From contig MU053881.1 of assembly GCA_013239625.1 (NCBI GenBank), positions 4,299,957-4,363,956 of the forward strand: 64,000 nucleotides of DNA, in the 5' to 3' direction. Numbering within the stretch: the stretch's first letter is position 1; each line of letters opens with the position of its first letter. The notes below the pieces were generated by a model. It did no database searches. It was not told the DNA's origin and saw only the letters and a program-made list of their open reading frames with translations. Shown here in pieces: positions 49,380 to 61,721 of this stretch. Origin of the DNA: Lama guanicoe. Taxonomy: Eukaryota. The position numbers and the translations under genes were made by a program.

Positions 49380-49925
49380 CAGAGCTTTGCTACCAGAGTG
49401 AAGTTTGTAGCACGAGCCGCATGTGGGAGTCTTATCAGAAATGCATAACCTCGGGCCCCAACCCAGATCTTCTGAATCAGAATCTGCACTTTTACTAAAG
49501 CTTCAGATAAATCGTTTATGCATCAACGCTTAAGAAAGCTTGGCCTACAGGGCCCAAATTCGTAGGGTCATCTCTGATTCCTCCATGGCTACACGGCAGA
49601 ATTAGCATGGAAATCTAAACACAACACAGCCCTCGGCCTTACCTGACTCAGCAGCTTTGGGAGTAAGCCCTGAGCAAGGGTGTGTGTTTAAAGTCCACTG
49701 CGATTAAGATGCACACTCAGGGAAGAGAACCATTGGCTTAGCCCAGCGGTCCTGCAACATGAGTGTTGTCTCGGAATTACCTGAAAGGCTTGTTAATACA
49801 GGTTGCTGGGTCCCGCCCCAGAATTCCTGATGCAGGAGGTCTGGGGTGCGGCCCGTAATGTGCATCTCCAACAAGTTCCCCAGTGATGCCGCTGCTTCTG
49901 CAGGGGCCATACTCAGAGCCATAGG
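49380..49925. mobile_element. Cluster of MER5-like hAT-Charlie MITEs
   Basis: ttctgaatcagaatctgcactttt; gggtcccgccccagaattcctgatgcaggaggtctgggg...tgcatctccaacaagttcccc. Confidence 0.7.
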
Positions 49926-50006
49926 CTTAACACATAGGAAATATCAGTTGGATGTATAAATAAAAGGGAAGATTAGGGAAAAAAATTAGATTCCAGGAAT
50001 GGGAGG

Positions 50007-50447
50007 TGTTTTTAGGCATCAGTTGTCATGGAACAAGCCATCCCCAAACATAGGGGCTTAAAGCAACAATAATGTATGATTCTTTTCACCATCCTGTGGG
50101 TGGACTGGGCTCAGCTGGGTGGTTCCTTTGCTCCACACGGTGCAGCTGAGGGCACCTGTCTCTCCCTGAGGCCTGGCTGGAGCTACAGGGCCCGAGAGAC
50201 GGCCTCTCACCCTCAAGGCTTTTTTCCCTGCCCCAGCTTCTTTAGAGCCTGCAGTTGGCTTCCAAGAGGGAGAATGAAGAAGCTGTCAGTCTTCTTCCTA
50301 AGGCCTGGGCTTGGAAGCCCCAGACCATCATTTTTGCCACATTCTGTTGGTTATTACGAACCAAGTCTCAAGGCTGGCATAGATTCAAGGGGAGGAAAAC
50401 TAGGAATCACTTCTTTAGGGGAGGAGTGGTGAAGGAGTTGTAGCCAC
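50007..50447 (-). mobile_element. MLT1 solo LTR
   Basis: ccccaaacataggggcttaaagcaacaa...gactgggctcagctgggtggttc...tgccacattctgttgg...agattcaagggg. Confidence 0.75.
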
Positions 50448-51334
50448 CATTAACCCCTCCTATCCAGTATCTCACAGAGGACAAACCAAGGGACTGAATG
50501 AGAAATACCAATGTCTTTCCCACGCATCTCTTGCCCTCCACGCCAGACCTCCGTGGCTGGGAATTCAGCGTGGGCGTCAGCTCAGCCCAGCCTTCCTGCT
50601 CGGTCAGGCTCTCCTTGTGATTCTCTCTCCCTATTTATTTATTTATTTATTTTTGGATCCAGGCTTTCCTCCTGTTTCATCTCTTATGTCAAAGATGGAT
50701 GACGCTTGGAAGAATCTGTCTGGGGGTATAAAACAACACTTCACAGAGGGTCCTAGAGGACTCAGATGCTGACGTAGTGAAAGCTCCTAATTAGTGCAAT
50801 AAAACCCCGATGAATCTCTTAACCTCTGATCAGCAGATGACAAAAAATAAAAAAAGTTTGTGGAATGAATGAAAACTCGAATGACTGCAATGTTGCGGGA
50901 CTCTGCCCACGGTCCATTCCAGTGGGAGTTGTTACTAGTAATAATATTATGTTGGTTTTTCTTACTTTAATAACCATCCTTTCTGTACAGCATACAGAGC
51001 CCTTTACCAGGGGCATCATCACATCAGCATCCATCCAGGGGTACAGTTAGCTCCCTGCTGCCCATGAGGAAGCTGAGATTCTAGGAGTGGAAGTTGCCAT
51101 GGTAACAAAAGGGCTGCTGGAATTCAAACCCAGGACTCCTAGCCACCAGCCTTCTCCGTGACTCTGTTTCAGAACATTCCTTCCAGGAAAGAACCTAACT
51201 GAACCTAACAGACCAGGGGGACATACAGCGCAATTTCAATCTCCATTATTGGGTCCTAACCCAGAAGTTACAATTTAACAAAGTCTCCAAGTGATTTGCG
51301 TGTCCCCAGATGTTTCAGAGGCAAGGTTTGGGCA

Positions 51335-51560
51335 CATTTTTGGAGTCAGAAAGGCTGAGGTCAAACCCTGACTTTATTCCTTACTAGTTGCACGACTTGG
51401 GCAAGTAATTCTCTAAGCTGCAGTCTCTTTATCTGTAAAATAGTAATTTTGAAAAAGCACCTCTCCTCCCAACGTTATTGTGAGCATTCTCCAAGTTAAG
51501 GCACACAACGTGCTTTGCAGCCTGCCTGGCTTCTAGCAAATGCTCAGTAAGTGTGAGCTA
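51335..51560 (+). mobile_element. MIR SINE
   Basis: tggagtcaga...acttgggcaagt...atctgtaaaat...tgcctggc...aaatgctcagtaa. Confidence 0.75.
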
Positions 51561-53534
51561 CTATTATTATTGTTTAAAATAATAACCTTCCTATAACTCA
51601 ATTAAAAAATGTTAAAAAAAAAAGATAAAATAAGAAGAAGAAGAAACCTTCCTGATCAGCCCGCCAGCTGGGCCAGGATTCCCCGCTGTGAAAAGCAAAA
51701 TTCTCCACCCATCTTCAGAAATGCCAAAGAAAGAAGAGACAGAGCCTTTGCCCTTGAGATGCTCTCGGAGCAGTGAGAACGGGAGGGCAGCTGCCAAGAG
51801 ACACAGGCAAGCAAACTTCTCCCACGGAAATAGCCCCATGCAGCCTGGATGGGCTGTTGGGTGAAGTGCCACAGGGAGGAGGGATGGTTCTGGAGTTTGC
51901 TAACTGACTGATGAGTCAGGGGTGACGGCCACTGAAGCGTGAAGGTGGAAACGCACAAATGAGGCTCAGCGTGGCCACCCTGCCAGGGCACCCTTCCCCT
52001 CCCTGTTTCCCCTCTCGGTGGGAGCGCAGAGAGTGGTGGCAGCTGGGGCGAGGGGACGAGTCCAGAGGGAGGCGGGGGTAGTGTGGGGTCAGGGCTGGTT
52101 CTACCTGGGGCAGTGGGGGACACTGGGACCTGAGGGGTTGACTAAGCCAGAATCTCTAGGGAAATGCGGGGCTCCAAGTCCTGGGGGCAAGTAAAAGGAT
52201 TCCAAATCCAGAGGGGTAATCACAGGCTAGATGGCAACCATCAGGCGTGCACAGGAGAAGGCTCCAGATCCGTGTCCTATAAGCACCACGAGCTGGAGTG
52301 GGGTGACAGTGAGGGTCAGGGCCCCGAGGGCTGCCCTGACTCATGATCATCATTACAGCCACGCCTGACATGACAAGAACCATATCATAGTAACACTGAT
52401 CAAGTGCTTCGTGCACGTCAGAATTTTCAGTGTGTTACCTCATCCTCACAAGCATATGGAATCGATACTTTCTTAGATGAGAGGGCTGAGAAGTAAAGAT
52501 GATAAACTGTTTGTCCAGAGCCACACGGTTAGTAAGTGGCAGAGCCAGGCCATTTGGCTCTCAGAACTGGCTCTCTGAACTATTAAACCAGACTGAACAG
52601 CAGTGGATCCTTCACACTATTATTTTTGTGGAGGGAGGGGGTGGCTGATACATGAGTTGGGTCTACCCGGCTTAAGGAGCCTGGGGGAAAAATTTAGGAT
52701 AACCTATGACACTATCTTTTGAGGAGGTGGCCACCCTAGAGATGAGGTCAATCCTAATTTCCTTTGTCTTAAGTTTCAGTCCACATGGGGCAGATGCTAA
52801 GAGGCGCCCATTCTGAGTCACACACATGGGGCCAGGCTCTGAGAGAGATAGCCGGGTCAGGCACTGTCCTGACCCTGAGGAGCCTGGGGGTCCCATAGAT
52901 GCCTGTTGGAGTAACACGTGTCAGAGAGGCGCAAACTACGGAGAGGCAGGAGAGGGTGCCGTGGCTGTGACTTCCTTCTCAGCCAATGAAACCAAGATGG
53001 TAGAAGGGTTGGCATCATTCTTCCTGCTTCTAACTTCCTCCATGTCCTGGGTCTTTGTGAGTCTTTCCCCCAAGCCCGGTTTTGGCTTTAAGTTGCTCTG
53101 CCTTCTTACCTTCTCCGATTTCTCCACACACCTCCTCAAGTCTCCTCATTTATGAGATTCACAGATGTGGTCCCAGAATAGAAAGAAGCTTTGGCAAAAT
53201 CCCAATTTACCCAGCATGCGGTTAGAAATGACCTGTGGGCCAAAACAAGCCGTGAGCAAGCCTCTCCTGTAGAGGCTGGTTAGGGCCATTCAGTGGAAGA
53301 GGCAAAATGCCTTATACAGCAGTGGAAAGAGACTTGGTTTTGGCTTGGAAGGTCTCTGTGCACATTCCAGCTCTGACACCTACAGCAATGGGATCCTGAG
53401 CAGTGATCCTACCCTCTTTAAGCCTGTGTTTCCCTTTCCTCTACAAAGTCCTTCACTTGCCTCTATTGCCTTGAGGGACCCTGCAGGATCTAGGCCCTGC
53501 TAACCCCTCCAGTCTCACTTCTCATGACTTCCCA

Positions 53535-53900
53535 TTAGTTAGGATACTTTGGGCTGCAAATAACAAATAAGCAGTCACTTAAATCACAAGGATGTATATC
53601 GTTTACTTGGCAAGAAGTCTGGGGGGGGCATGCTTCCATGGTTGCTTTAGCAGCAACCCGAGGTCCAGATATTGGTTCCATGTCTCCCCAGTTTTCTTGG
53701 CCTTCTCCTTATTATCACAAGATGGCTGCCACAGCTCCAGGCATTACACTCACACATAGCATTGAGGAGCTCTCTTTGTTGGCTTCTCTGTTTTAATCTG
53801 AAGTTCCCCGGGAAACTTCTCCTACATCTTTTTAGATGAGACGGTGTTACATGGCCATCTCTAGCTGTAAGGGAGGCTGGTAAATCGTGTATCTTACTCC
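53535..53900 (-). mobile_element. MLT1 (J/K-like) solo LTR
   Basis: ctttgggctgcaaataaca...cacaagatggctgccacagctccaggcat...ctagctgtaagggaggctgg. Confidence 0.7.
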
Positions 53901-54494
53901 TCTCTGTAGTGTGAAGTTGGGGAGATATAAGTTGATTGCAAATATCTGTTGCGTGGTCAAGCAGTGCTGTCTGCTATATCCCTAACCAAAACCTCATCCT
54001 GCTCCAATTCACTCAATGTTCCCCCCAAAATAGCATATAATTTCAGCTTCCATGTCATTGTATATGCTGGTTCCCTCTGGAATGCCCCTCCTTCCCTTCC
54101 CCATCTGGTAACCCCTCCTTCCCTTCCAAGGTTCTGTGACACTTTCCTTTCATTTCACTTCCAATCTAAAGTCTGAGTTAGATGAACCTCCCCTCTATAA
54201 ACTGAAAGCTTCTCTGATTTACTTCTAGAGCCTAGCGTCTAGTATCTTACCTAATATAAAACAAGTGCCCATTAAATGCTTACTGAATAAATAAATGAAA
54301 ATAATAGTCACTACCTCGTAGTCATTGCAAAGTTGAAAATGAGATAATTTATGAACATTTTTCCTTATGAAAAAAAACTTTTGTAAAATAATCATTGACA
54401 TAAAAATAAAAGTAACTTTAGCTAGCATTCATTGAATACTTATTATATGTCTACCAATCTCCTCTCATCCTAACAAAAACCCCATGAAGTAGGT

Positions 54495-54830
54495 CAGTTA
54501 GTTAGCATACGGCAGGTTTTGCTGAAGTAACAAACAATGCTCACATCTCAGTGGTTTAAACACCCCAAATTTATTTCTCACTCATGTTAAATGTCCTTTG
54601 TGAATTGAGGGGATCGCTAGTCATTTTAATCCGTCAGAAACCCAACTGATCAACCAGCAGTTACAACATCCAAGGCACATGGCCTCCTTGGTCTACGTGA
54701 CAGAGAAAGAGAGCATGGAAGACCCATCCCAGCTCTAAGCGCTTCTGTCTAGAAGGGATGCACATCACTCCCGCCTACGTTTCACTGCCGAGGGCAAGTC
54801 CCCTGGTCACGCCCAAGTGCAAGAGTGTGT
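54495..54830 (-). mobile_element. MLT1 solo LTR
   Basis: gctgaagtaacaaacaa...atctcagtggtttaaaca...atttatttctcactcatg. Confidence 0.6.
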
Positions 54831-55002
54831 AACTGAAGGAGCTGGTGAGTGCTGGGAGCACTGACAGCCTAGAGACTCTTACCACCTTTCATTAACAGAT
54901 GGAGAAACTGAAGTAAAGAAAGGAGTTAAAGTCATTTGTCCAAGATCACACGGCTGGTAAGTGGTTGATCCAGGATTCAAACTGGGCTTTTGTGAATTAG
55001 AG

Positions 55003-55194
55003 CGGAGGTTAGCCAGCCTCTTCTGTGAAGGGGCAGATAGTGAGTTTAGACTTTGCAGGCCAGTCTCTGTCACAACTCGACTCTGCTCCTGCGGTCCAGA
55101 AACAGCCACAGACAACACGTAAATGAACAGGCCCAGAGGCCCTCCAACGAGACTTCATTTGCAAAAGCGCGGGTCATGAATTTGCTGACCCCTG
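55003..55194 (+). mobile_element. MER58A-like hAT-Charlie MITE
   Basis: ttctgtgaaggggcagatagt...gtctctgtcacaactcgactctgc...cagccacagacaacacgtaaatgaa...tttgctgacccctg. Confidence 0.8.
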
Positions 55195-58100
55195 AGTGAG
55201 AATTCTTGCTCATGACCTCAAGGCTACCCTGAGCTCTGAAGATTGTGAAATGATGAACAAATGTGAGTTATTATAACCCTTTGCTACCACATATCCACAG
55301 CATTCCTCCCTCGCCGGCCAGAGTCAAATGACTTCACACACTTTAATGGGTCACTGAGCTTTCATCCAGCCAAGGTGAAGGGTAACCAGCTTCTCTTTGG
55401 GGCCTGGCTAATTATTACTGTACCAGTTTAGAGGGAATGACAGACAGGTAATTTTCTTACGGAAAATGCGAGCGAGAACCATAGCAAGGACCAAGCAAGC
55501 CAGTATTAAACCCCCATTAGCTGCGTGGGGTCATTTCTAATGGCACATTCACCAATGGGACAATTGCTCTGCTGGCCTGTGCTAACCAGCAATTGAAATC
55601 AATGGGAGGCTCCGGGCACCGAAGCAGGTTTTTTTCTGGGCCACCTAACCCAGACCTTGTTTTTCCAGCTGACACTCCGCCTGTGTCAGCTAATTCCTGC
55701 TTTGGAAAATGCATTCCAGGGCTAATAAAGACTTTAAAGTCACACAATTTTCTCACCACGTTATTAAAATCCAAATGGCTTTGCTTCTTCCTAACATGAC
55801 CAGATTTCCTGGCTAGCTTAGAAATGGCCCGATTGTCACAGAATCTCGGTTTCCAATAGGAAAGACAAGGCCTGAGGTTTATTTGCAGATAGTTTCTGAA
55901 TGATTCAAGCCCTGAGATGGAAAGGCAGTGAATCTGGCTCAACAGAAAAAGAACACGATGGAACGAAAACGCACGTGTGTTTGAAAATCTGCAAGGCAGA
56001 TTCAGCTTTGCCTGTTAGCTTACTCCCTGTGGGAACCTGGGCACCACTTTTATCCCTGAGCCTCAGTTTCTACGTTTGCAAAATGGTCACAATGAGACGG
56101 ATTTCTCAGAGTTGCTGTGAGGGTGGCAACGTGGTCTAAGTGTCCAGGAGGCCCTCCCCGAATGGCTGCTCGCGTGGAAGCAGGAAGGCCCTGGGTCTGG
56201 CCAAGTCAGAAATAACTGAGAACTGGCTCTGAAAACTGGCAGGATCGAACCCAAGCTGGGCTCCCCAGTGCTAATTGGAAATTAATCAGGAGAAAAGATC
56301 ACCAGCCAGAACCATTAGAAGAGTGAGTTAACGGAGCCTGCCCACCCCAAGCCCAGATCATTCTGGGTTGTTACCCAGTCCGCCCCCAGGCCAGTCCACA
56401 GCTGCCTTGGGGAAGGAAGGCTGTGTGGGGGCAGCGGGAGAGCCTGGCTATCTTTATCTGCACCATCAGTTCTCACGAGTGCTGCGCTTAGCTCGCCAGA
56501 GAGGGCAGCCAGGGCCATCCCTTGGAGGCCTGGGGTGGGGGGGCTTGTGGCTGTCCCCAGTAGAACAGGTCACTGAGGTGCAGAAAAGGGCCAGACATTG
56601 CCCTGGACCTCAGCTCTCCTGTGTCAGGCAGGGGCCAGACTAGAAGTTTTGGACACATGGATGGCCGCTCAGGGCTCAGCTAGACTTTACACACCCCTTT
56701 TTCGGATAAGAAAACTGAGATCCAGAAAGAGTTAGTGATTTGCCTATGGTCTGAGACCAAGACTGAACTCAGATCTCTTCTTATTAACCTGTCTGCCTTG
56801 AAATCCCTTTAGAGATGGGACAGACACCAGAGTGGGGTTGGAGAGGCTGGGGCTATGTTTGAAAAGAAAAGGACAGTGTGAGGTCAGGAAAACAGATTTC
56901 TAAAATTCTGAGCTCGGTAAAAGGGAAAATATTTCCCCACCATGATGATACCCATATTGGAAAAAAGGGCCCTCCCAATCCCCTCCCCGCCAGATTGTAT
57001 TCAAGTCAGGCTAACCCTCAGCGAGAAGGGTTAGCGGATGAACCAGAAGACTGAGCACAAACACTGTTTTTGCTTCATGGAAAATTTTTTAATCCCAGCC
57101 CTGCTGTTTCCTGGCTGTTTGTCCTTGGGCAAGTCACTTGCCCTCTCTGAGCTCCAATTTCTCCACCTGCAAAACTCAAGTCGTGCTAGAACTGAGAATC
57201 TTTTGTTAAGCCGCAAAGCACTGGACAAACATAAGGTTTTGACCAAGAGGCTTTTATTTTTTTGGTCAAAAACATTGAGGCAGAGAATTCCCAGTTGGGA
57301 GCAGGTATCTCTGTTCCTTTAAAAAGGGTGGAAAAGAATGCCAAGCAGCCGTCCTGCAAAGCTTGGAACCTCCTTCCTGTTTTAACAGCCTCCCTGTAAA
57401 CTGTCCAGGGGGTGACCAACTCTCCTCCATGGAAGTCTGCAGTAAATTGCATTCCAGGCCAGCTCACCAATCATTAGCCATGGGATCCTGTTTATCCTGC
57501 CCCAGCCTGGAATTTGGCCTCTTACAAAACCTCAGCTCACAAAAGAAGAACAGGTTGGACCAAAAGTGTGTAGCGAGTGAAGGAAGCCTTCCAGAAGGCT
57601 AGGGGATGTTTATTAAACAGACACCAGGCCAGGGCCCACCCATCAGGTCTCAGCCCCTGAGTCCCAGCTGACGTTTCTGTTGACACTGATTTGGGAGTTT
57701 GAGGTGTGATCTGACCCCTAGAAAGGGCAGCTTCCCAGTTCAGATCACAGTCCAGCCCCAGTCAAAAGTCAAATCTTTACTGCCAATGACAGCAGCATCA
57801 CCTGAAATTATTAGCTGGCCACCTTCGGTGGGGCCGGGGTTGCGTAATCCACACAACTTCTTGAGGATGGTTTCACAGAAGTGGAAGTGGGGCTTTTGGT
57901 CCTTTGGGTCACTTGCCTAAGGTCACCGAGCCAGGAGGGAGGAGCGGACGGGGCAGCTGCTGTTTGTATGTGCTGGCACGCTCCCCGCCTCTCCCCTGTC
58001 CTGGGGTGACAGGCCCAGCTGCCTGTCCACCTGGGCTGGGCACAGGACCCAGGCTAATCCAGTCATGAGACCACATCCTCCTGGCAAAGTAAGAGACGAG

Positions 58101-58679
58101 CATGTGACCAAGCAGGACCAAATAGACGTTGTTGTAAGCACTTTACAGCTCTGAACACACTCATGCCTCATAACAACACCATGACACAGACCCCTATTTT
58201 ACAGATGAATAAACTGAGGTGCAGCAAAGTTCAGTCAAACAGGTGACCTGAAGGGGAAGAGCTGGGATGCAAACAGAGCGGTCTGGCACCAAAGCCCATT
58301 CTCTTAACCACTAGTTTACCCCGAGCCTGAGTGTACCCGGTATGAACTTGGGGCGTGTGCACTTGACCGCTGGCTGGCTCCTTTTCCAGTTCCACTGCGC
58401 TGCTTCTCAGGACTTTTGTTTTTCGTGAGACTTCCCCGTCCCTCTTTCACTCTGCTTCTAGGTGTCATTCTAAACAGTCTTATCAGGTCATTCTGCCTCT
58501 CGTAGCTTCTGAATCACCCTCTGTCTCCCATAGGGTCAAGTCCAAGTACTTACCCCAGCCCCGGGCCTGCTCGGCCTCCCCTCAGTGGCTCAACTACTGC
58601 CCCCCTCAACCCCCCGCCACCCTTGCAGACAGACCAAACCACCTACAGTTTCTGCCAAATGTGCCTTTTCTCTCTAGAG

Positions 58680-58953
58680 CAGCTCTTTCCAGACATACAA
58701 TGGGAGCACATATGTGATTTTAAATTTTCTAGTAGTCACATTCAAAAGTCAAAAGAAAGTAGTGAATATAATTTTAGTAGCATATTTAATATATTCAAAA
58801 TATTAACATTTTAGTGTGTAATCAAGATCAAACAAATTATTAATGAGTTTCTAATTTTTGTTCTAAATTTTCACAATCTGGTAAGGATTTTACACGTATG
58901 GTGCAGCTCAATTTGGACCAGACATAAGTTTCGAGTGGCTATTTGGACGGTGC
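58680..58953 (+). mobile_element. MER33-like hAT-Charlie element
   Basis: cacatatgtgattttaaattttctagtagtcacatt...gtggctatttggacggtgc. Confidence 0.75.
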
Positions 58954-59404
58954 GGTAAAGCGTCTCCAAATGTTTTCAAGTCACAGCACACGGAGGACGT
59001 GATCATGTTTGTACGGTTGCCTGGGGTAAAGAGCTGAGCCTGCCCGAGGCCAGAGGCAATAGGCCAGATATCCTAGTTTCCCCCACCCGCCAACTCCCCG
59101 TTAAGGGCTGGACCGTATGCATAGTAAGAAAAGGCATCTTGCCTTGGGATTTCAGCCCCATTTTCCCTTGAAGCTGAAGCTGAATGTCTTTGTTCAGTGC
59201 GCAACCCGTACAGGTGTTTTCAGGACCCTGATGACGGGTGAGGCATCAGCTTCTGGGCAGACACAGCTCCAGCCGGGACACATCAGCTGGGAAGATCTGT
59301 GCTGGAACGTCCAAGCTTTTGTGGCCCTTCTCCCTTCACTCCTTCGCTCCTCTCCACTGCCTCCTGTAAAGCACAGCCTGCCCTGTGGCCTCGTAAGTGG
59401 TAAG

Positions 59405-59585
59405 TTAGGCCTGTGGTTCTCAAAGCACAGTTCTCGGGTTGGCAGCATCAGCATCCCCTGAGTCTTGGCAGAGATGCCCATTCTTGGACCCTACTAACCC
59501 AGAACTACTGAGTCAGGAATTTGGCAGGTGGGGCTCAGCAAGATCTGTGCTTAACAAACCCTTCAAGTGACCCTGATGCTCGCTA
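59405..59585. mobile_element. MER5A-like MITE
   Basis: gtggttctcaaag...gcagcatcagcatcccctg...actactgagtcaggaa...taacaaacccttcaagtga. Confidence 0.75.
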
Positions 59586-59609
59586 GGCATGAAGGTAATA
59601 ATAATAATA

Positions 59610-59830
59610 ACATTAAAACAACGCTCTTCACCCATAGAGTGCTTTCTGTGGCCATTCACTGACTGGCTAAATGACTGATCGCCAACCCTATGAGGGTGTC
59701 ATCACTAAGCTGCGTGTCACAGAAGAGGAAACTGAGGCATAGGGATGAGTGACCTGGCCAGGCCACGCAGCTGAAGTGTGGCAGGGCAGAAACAGGATTT
59801 GAACTGACTTCTCTTGATTCCAGAGCCCAT
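59610..59830 (-). mobile_element. MIR SINE
   Basis: cagaagaggaaactgaggcataggg...caggatttgaac. Confidence 0.75.
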
Positions 59831-60514
59831 GGGCGGAATTGCTTGGCCATGTAACTTTCTTCTCTATCTTCAGCACTCCTGAGGGCCTGAAGACTCTGGC
59901 TTTAAAATATGCTGTCCTAATCTCTCTTTCTCTCCCATTCATTCATTCCTTCATTCATTCTACGTTGAGCTCAATCTGTACCCCAAAATGTGTCAGCCTC
60001 ATACTGGACATTGGGGCTACAGAGATAACAAAGATTTGGTCCTCTGTCTTAAGGAGCACCTAGAGCATTCAACTTGGACCTCAGAGGGCTGTGATGGACC
60101 AGGAGTAGTCTGGGTTAAGGAGTGAACTGAGGGCCAGAGAACAATCTAGAATTTGGTACTGGTGGGATCTCTTAGTTGGAACACAAGTGTTGGATTTTTC
60201 AAGATAATATTCATCACAGTTCAACTCCTCACCCCACCTCCATCACCATTTCTTCATCATTGATTTCCTGGAAGCAGAACTTTCATGGTATTGTTATAGA
60301 GGCTAACCCGGCCTCACTTCCTCCGCTTATCAGTTGAAAGCGGGGCAAAAGTGGGGCGATTTCCTTGGGCCCAGTTTTTTTTAGGGATGAGGATGTTACG
60401 ACACTTTGGAAGACTGGAAATGACTATATGAGACAGGTTTGGAGGGCGGGATAGACCTGCAACCTAGAAGTCTACTTGGGCATCTCTGCTCCTGAGGGAT
60501 AGACCATCATTGCA

Positions 60515-60950
60515 TCTGTTGGGAATGTCTGTGGCTGCAAGTAACTGAAAATACGACCCAGCAGTTTATTCTCCTTATTTCCAACAAGAGGTCTAGGATG
60601 GGCAGCGGATAGCCTGAGTCAGAAGCTTGCTAATGCCAGGGCTGGTAACAGACTCTCTTGGCCTCGCCTCTCATGTTTGTCCCTCAGAAGCACAGGATGC
60701 CCTCGCAGCTCCAGACGCCACAACTGTGTTCAAGGCAGAATGAAGAGGGAAGGTGTGCGACAGCCAAGTCTGTATTTTTTTTTTTTAACTGGATAAGCAA
60801 AGCTTTCCCAGAGCGCCCACAACAGCCTTCCTTAAAGTCCCATTGGTCAAAACTGGGTCACATGGCTACCTCCAGCCTCAAGGGATGCTGGGAAAATATC
60901 ACAATTGCCTCAGACTAACAGTGATTTATCAGTGAGACTGGGCACGGTTC
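60515..60950 (-). mobile_element. MLT1 (J/K-like) solo LTR
   Basis: ggctgcaagtaactgaaaa...cattggtcaaaactgggtcacatggctacc...agggatgctgggaaa. Confidence 0.7.
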
Positions 60951-61445
60951 TGGTGGCAAAGAAAGGGGGAGAATGGACAGTGTGCACTCCAGTCATCAGC
61001 ACCGTCTCCATTATCATCCTCCTCGTCCTCGTCCTCGTCACCATCAGAGCTAACACTGCATCCTATTCACCACACGCTGGCCCCGTAGAAAGTGCTTTAC
61101 AAGTTCTTCTTCATGTAATTCTCACAATAATCCTAGGACATTAGGGCTCTTGTTACCCCATCTTATAGAAGAAAGAACGAGATTAAGAAAAGTCAAGTGA
61201 CCTGCCCAATGTTACTCAGCTCCTACGTGGGAGAACTGGGATTTGGATGTTTCCAGATGTTGCCAGAGCCCGCATTTTTTATCTCTTCATAAGGAGAATG
61301 CTCCCAGAGAACAGGGCACCTCCAAGTTGGAGCAACCCAGTGTCTCAGACTTGAAAGCACACAGCCCCTCTCCATCCAGTTTTGTGATTTCTCTGTGGTC
61401 GCGCCTTCCACTATCTTGCTGGCTCTTGAGCCATCCCTTCCCTTC

Positions 61446-61721
61446 TGTTGTGGCCCAAGTGTTTGTGTCTCCTCCAAATATCCATGTGTGGAAACCCTAA
61501 CTTCCAATGGGATGGAATTAGGCGGTGGGGTTGGGAGGAGTTCAGGTCATGACGAGGACATAGCAAAGAAGACGGCAAACCAGGAAGAGGGTCGACATCA
61601 GAACTGAGCCATCCTGGCACCCCGATCTGGACGTCTCAGCTCCCAGAACAGTGAGAAATAAACGCCTGCTATTCAAGGTACCCAGCCAATGGCATTCTGC
61701 TACAGCATTCAAGCTGAGAGA
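61446..61721 (+). mobile_element. MLT1A-like solo LTR, internally deleted
   Basis: tgttgtgg...gtttgtgtctcctccaaa...ccagaacagtgagaaataaa...; 5-bp flanks ccttc/tcttc. Confidence 0.75.
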
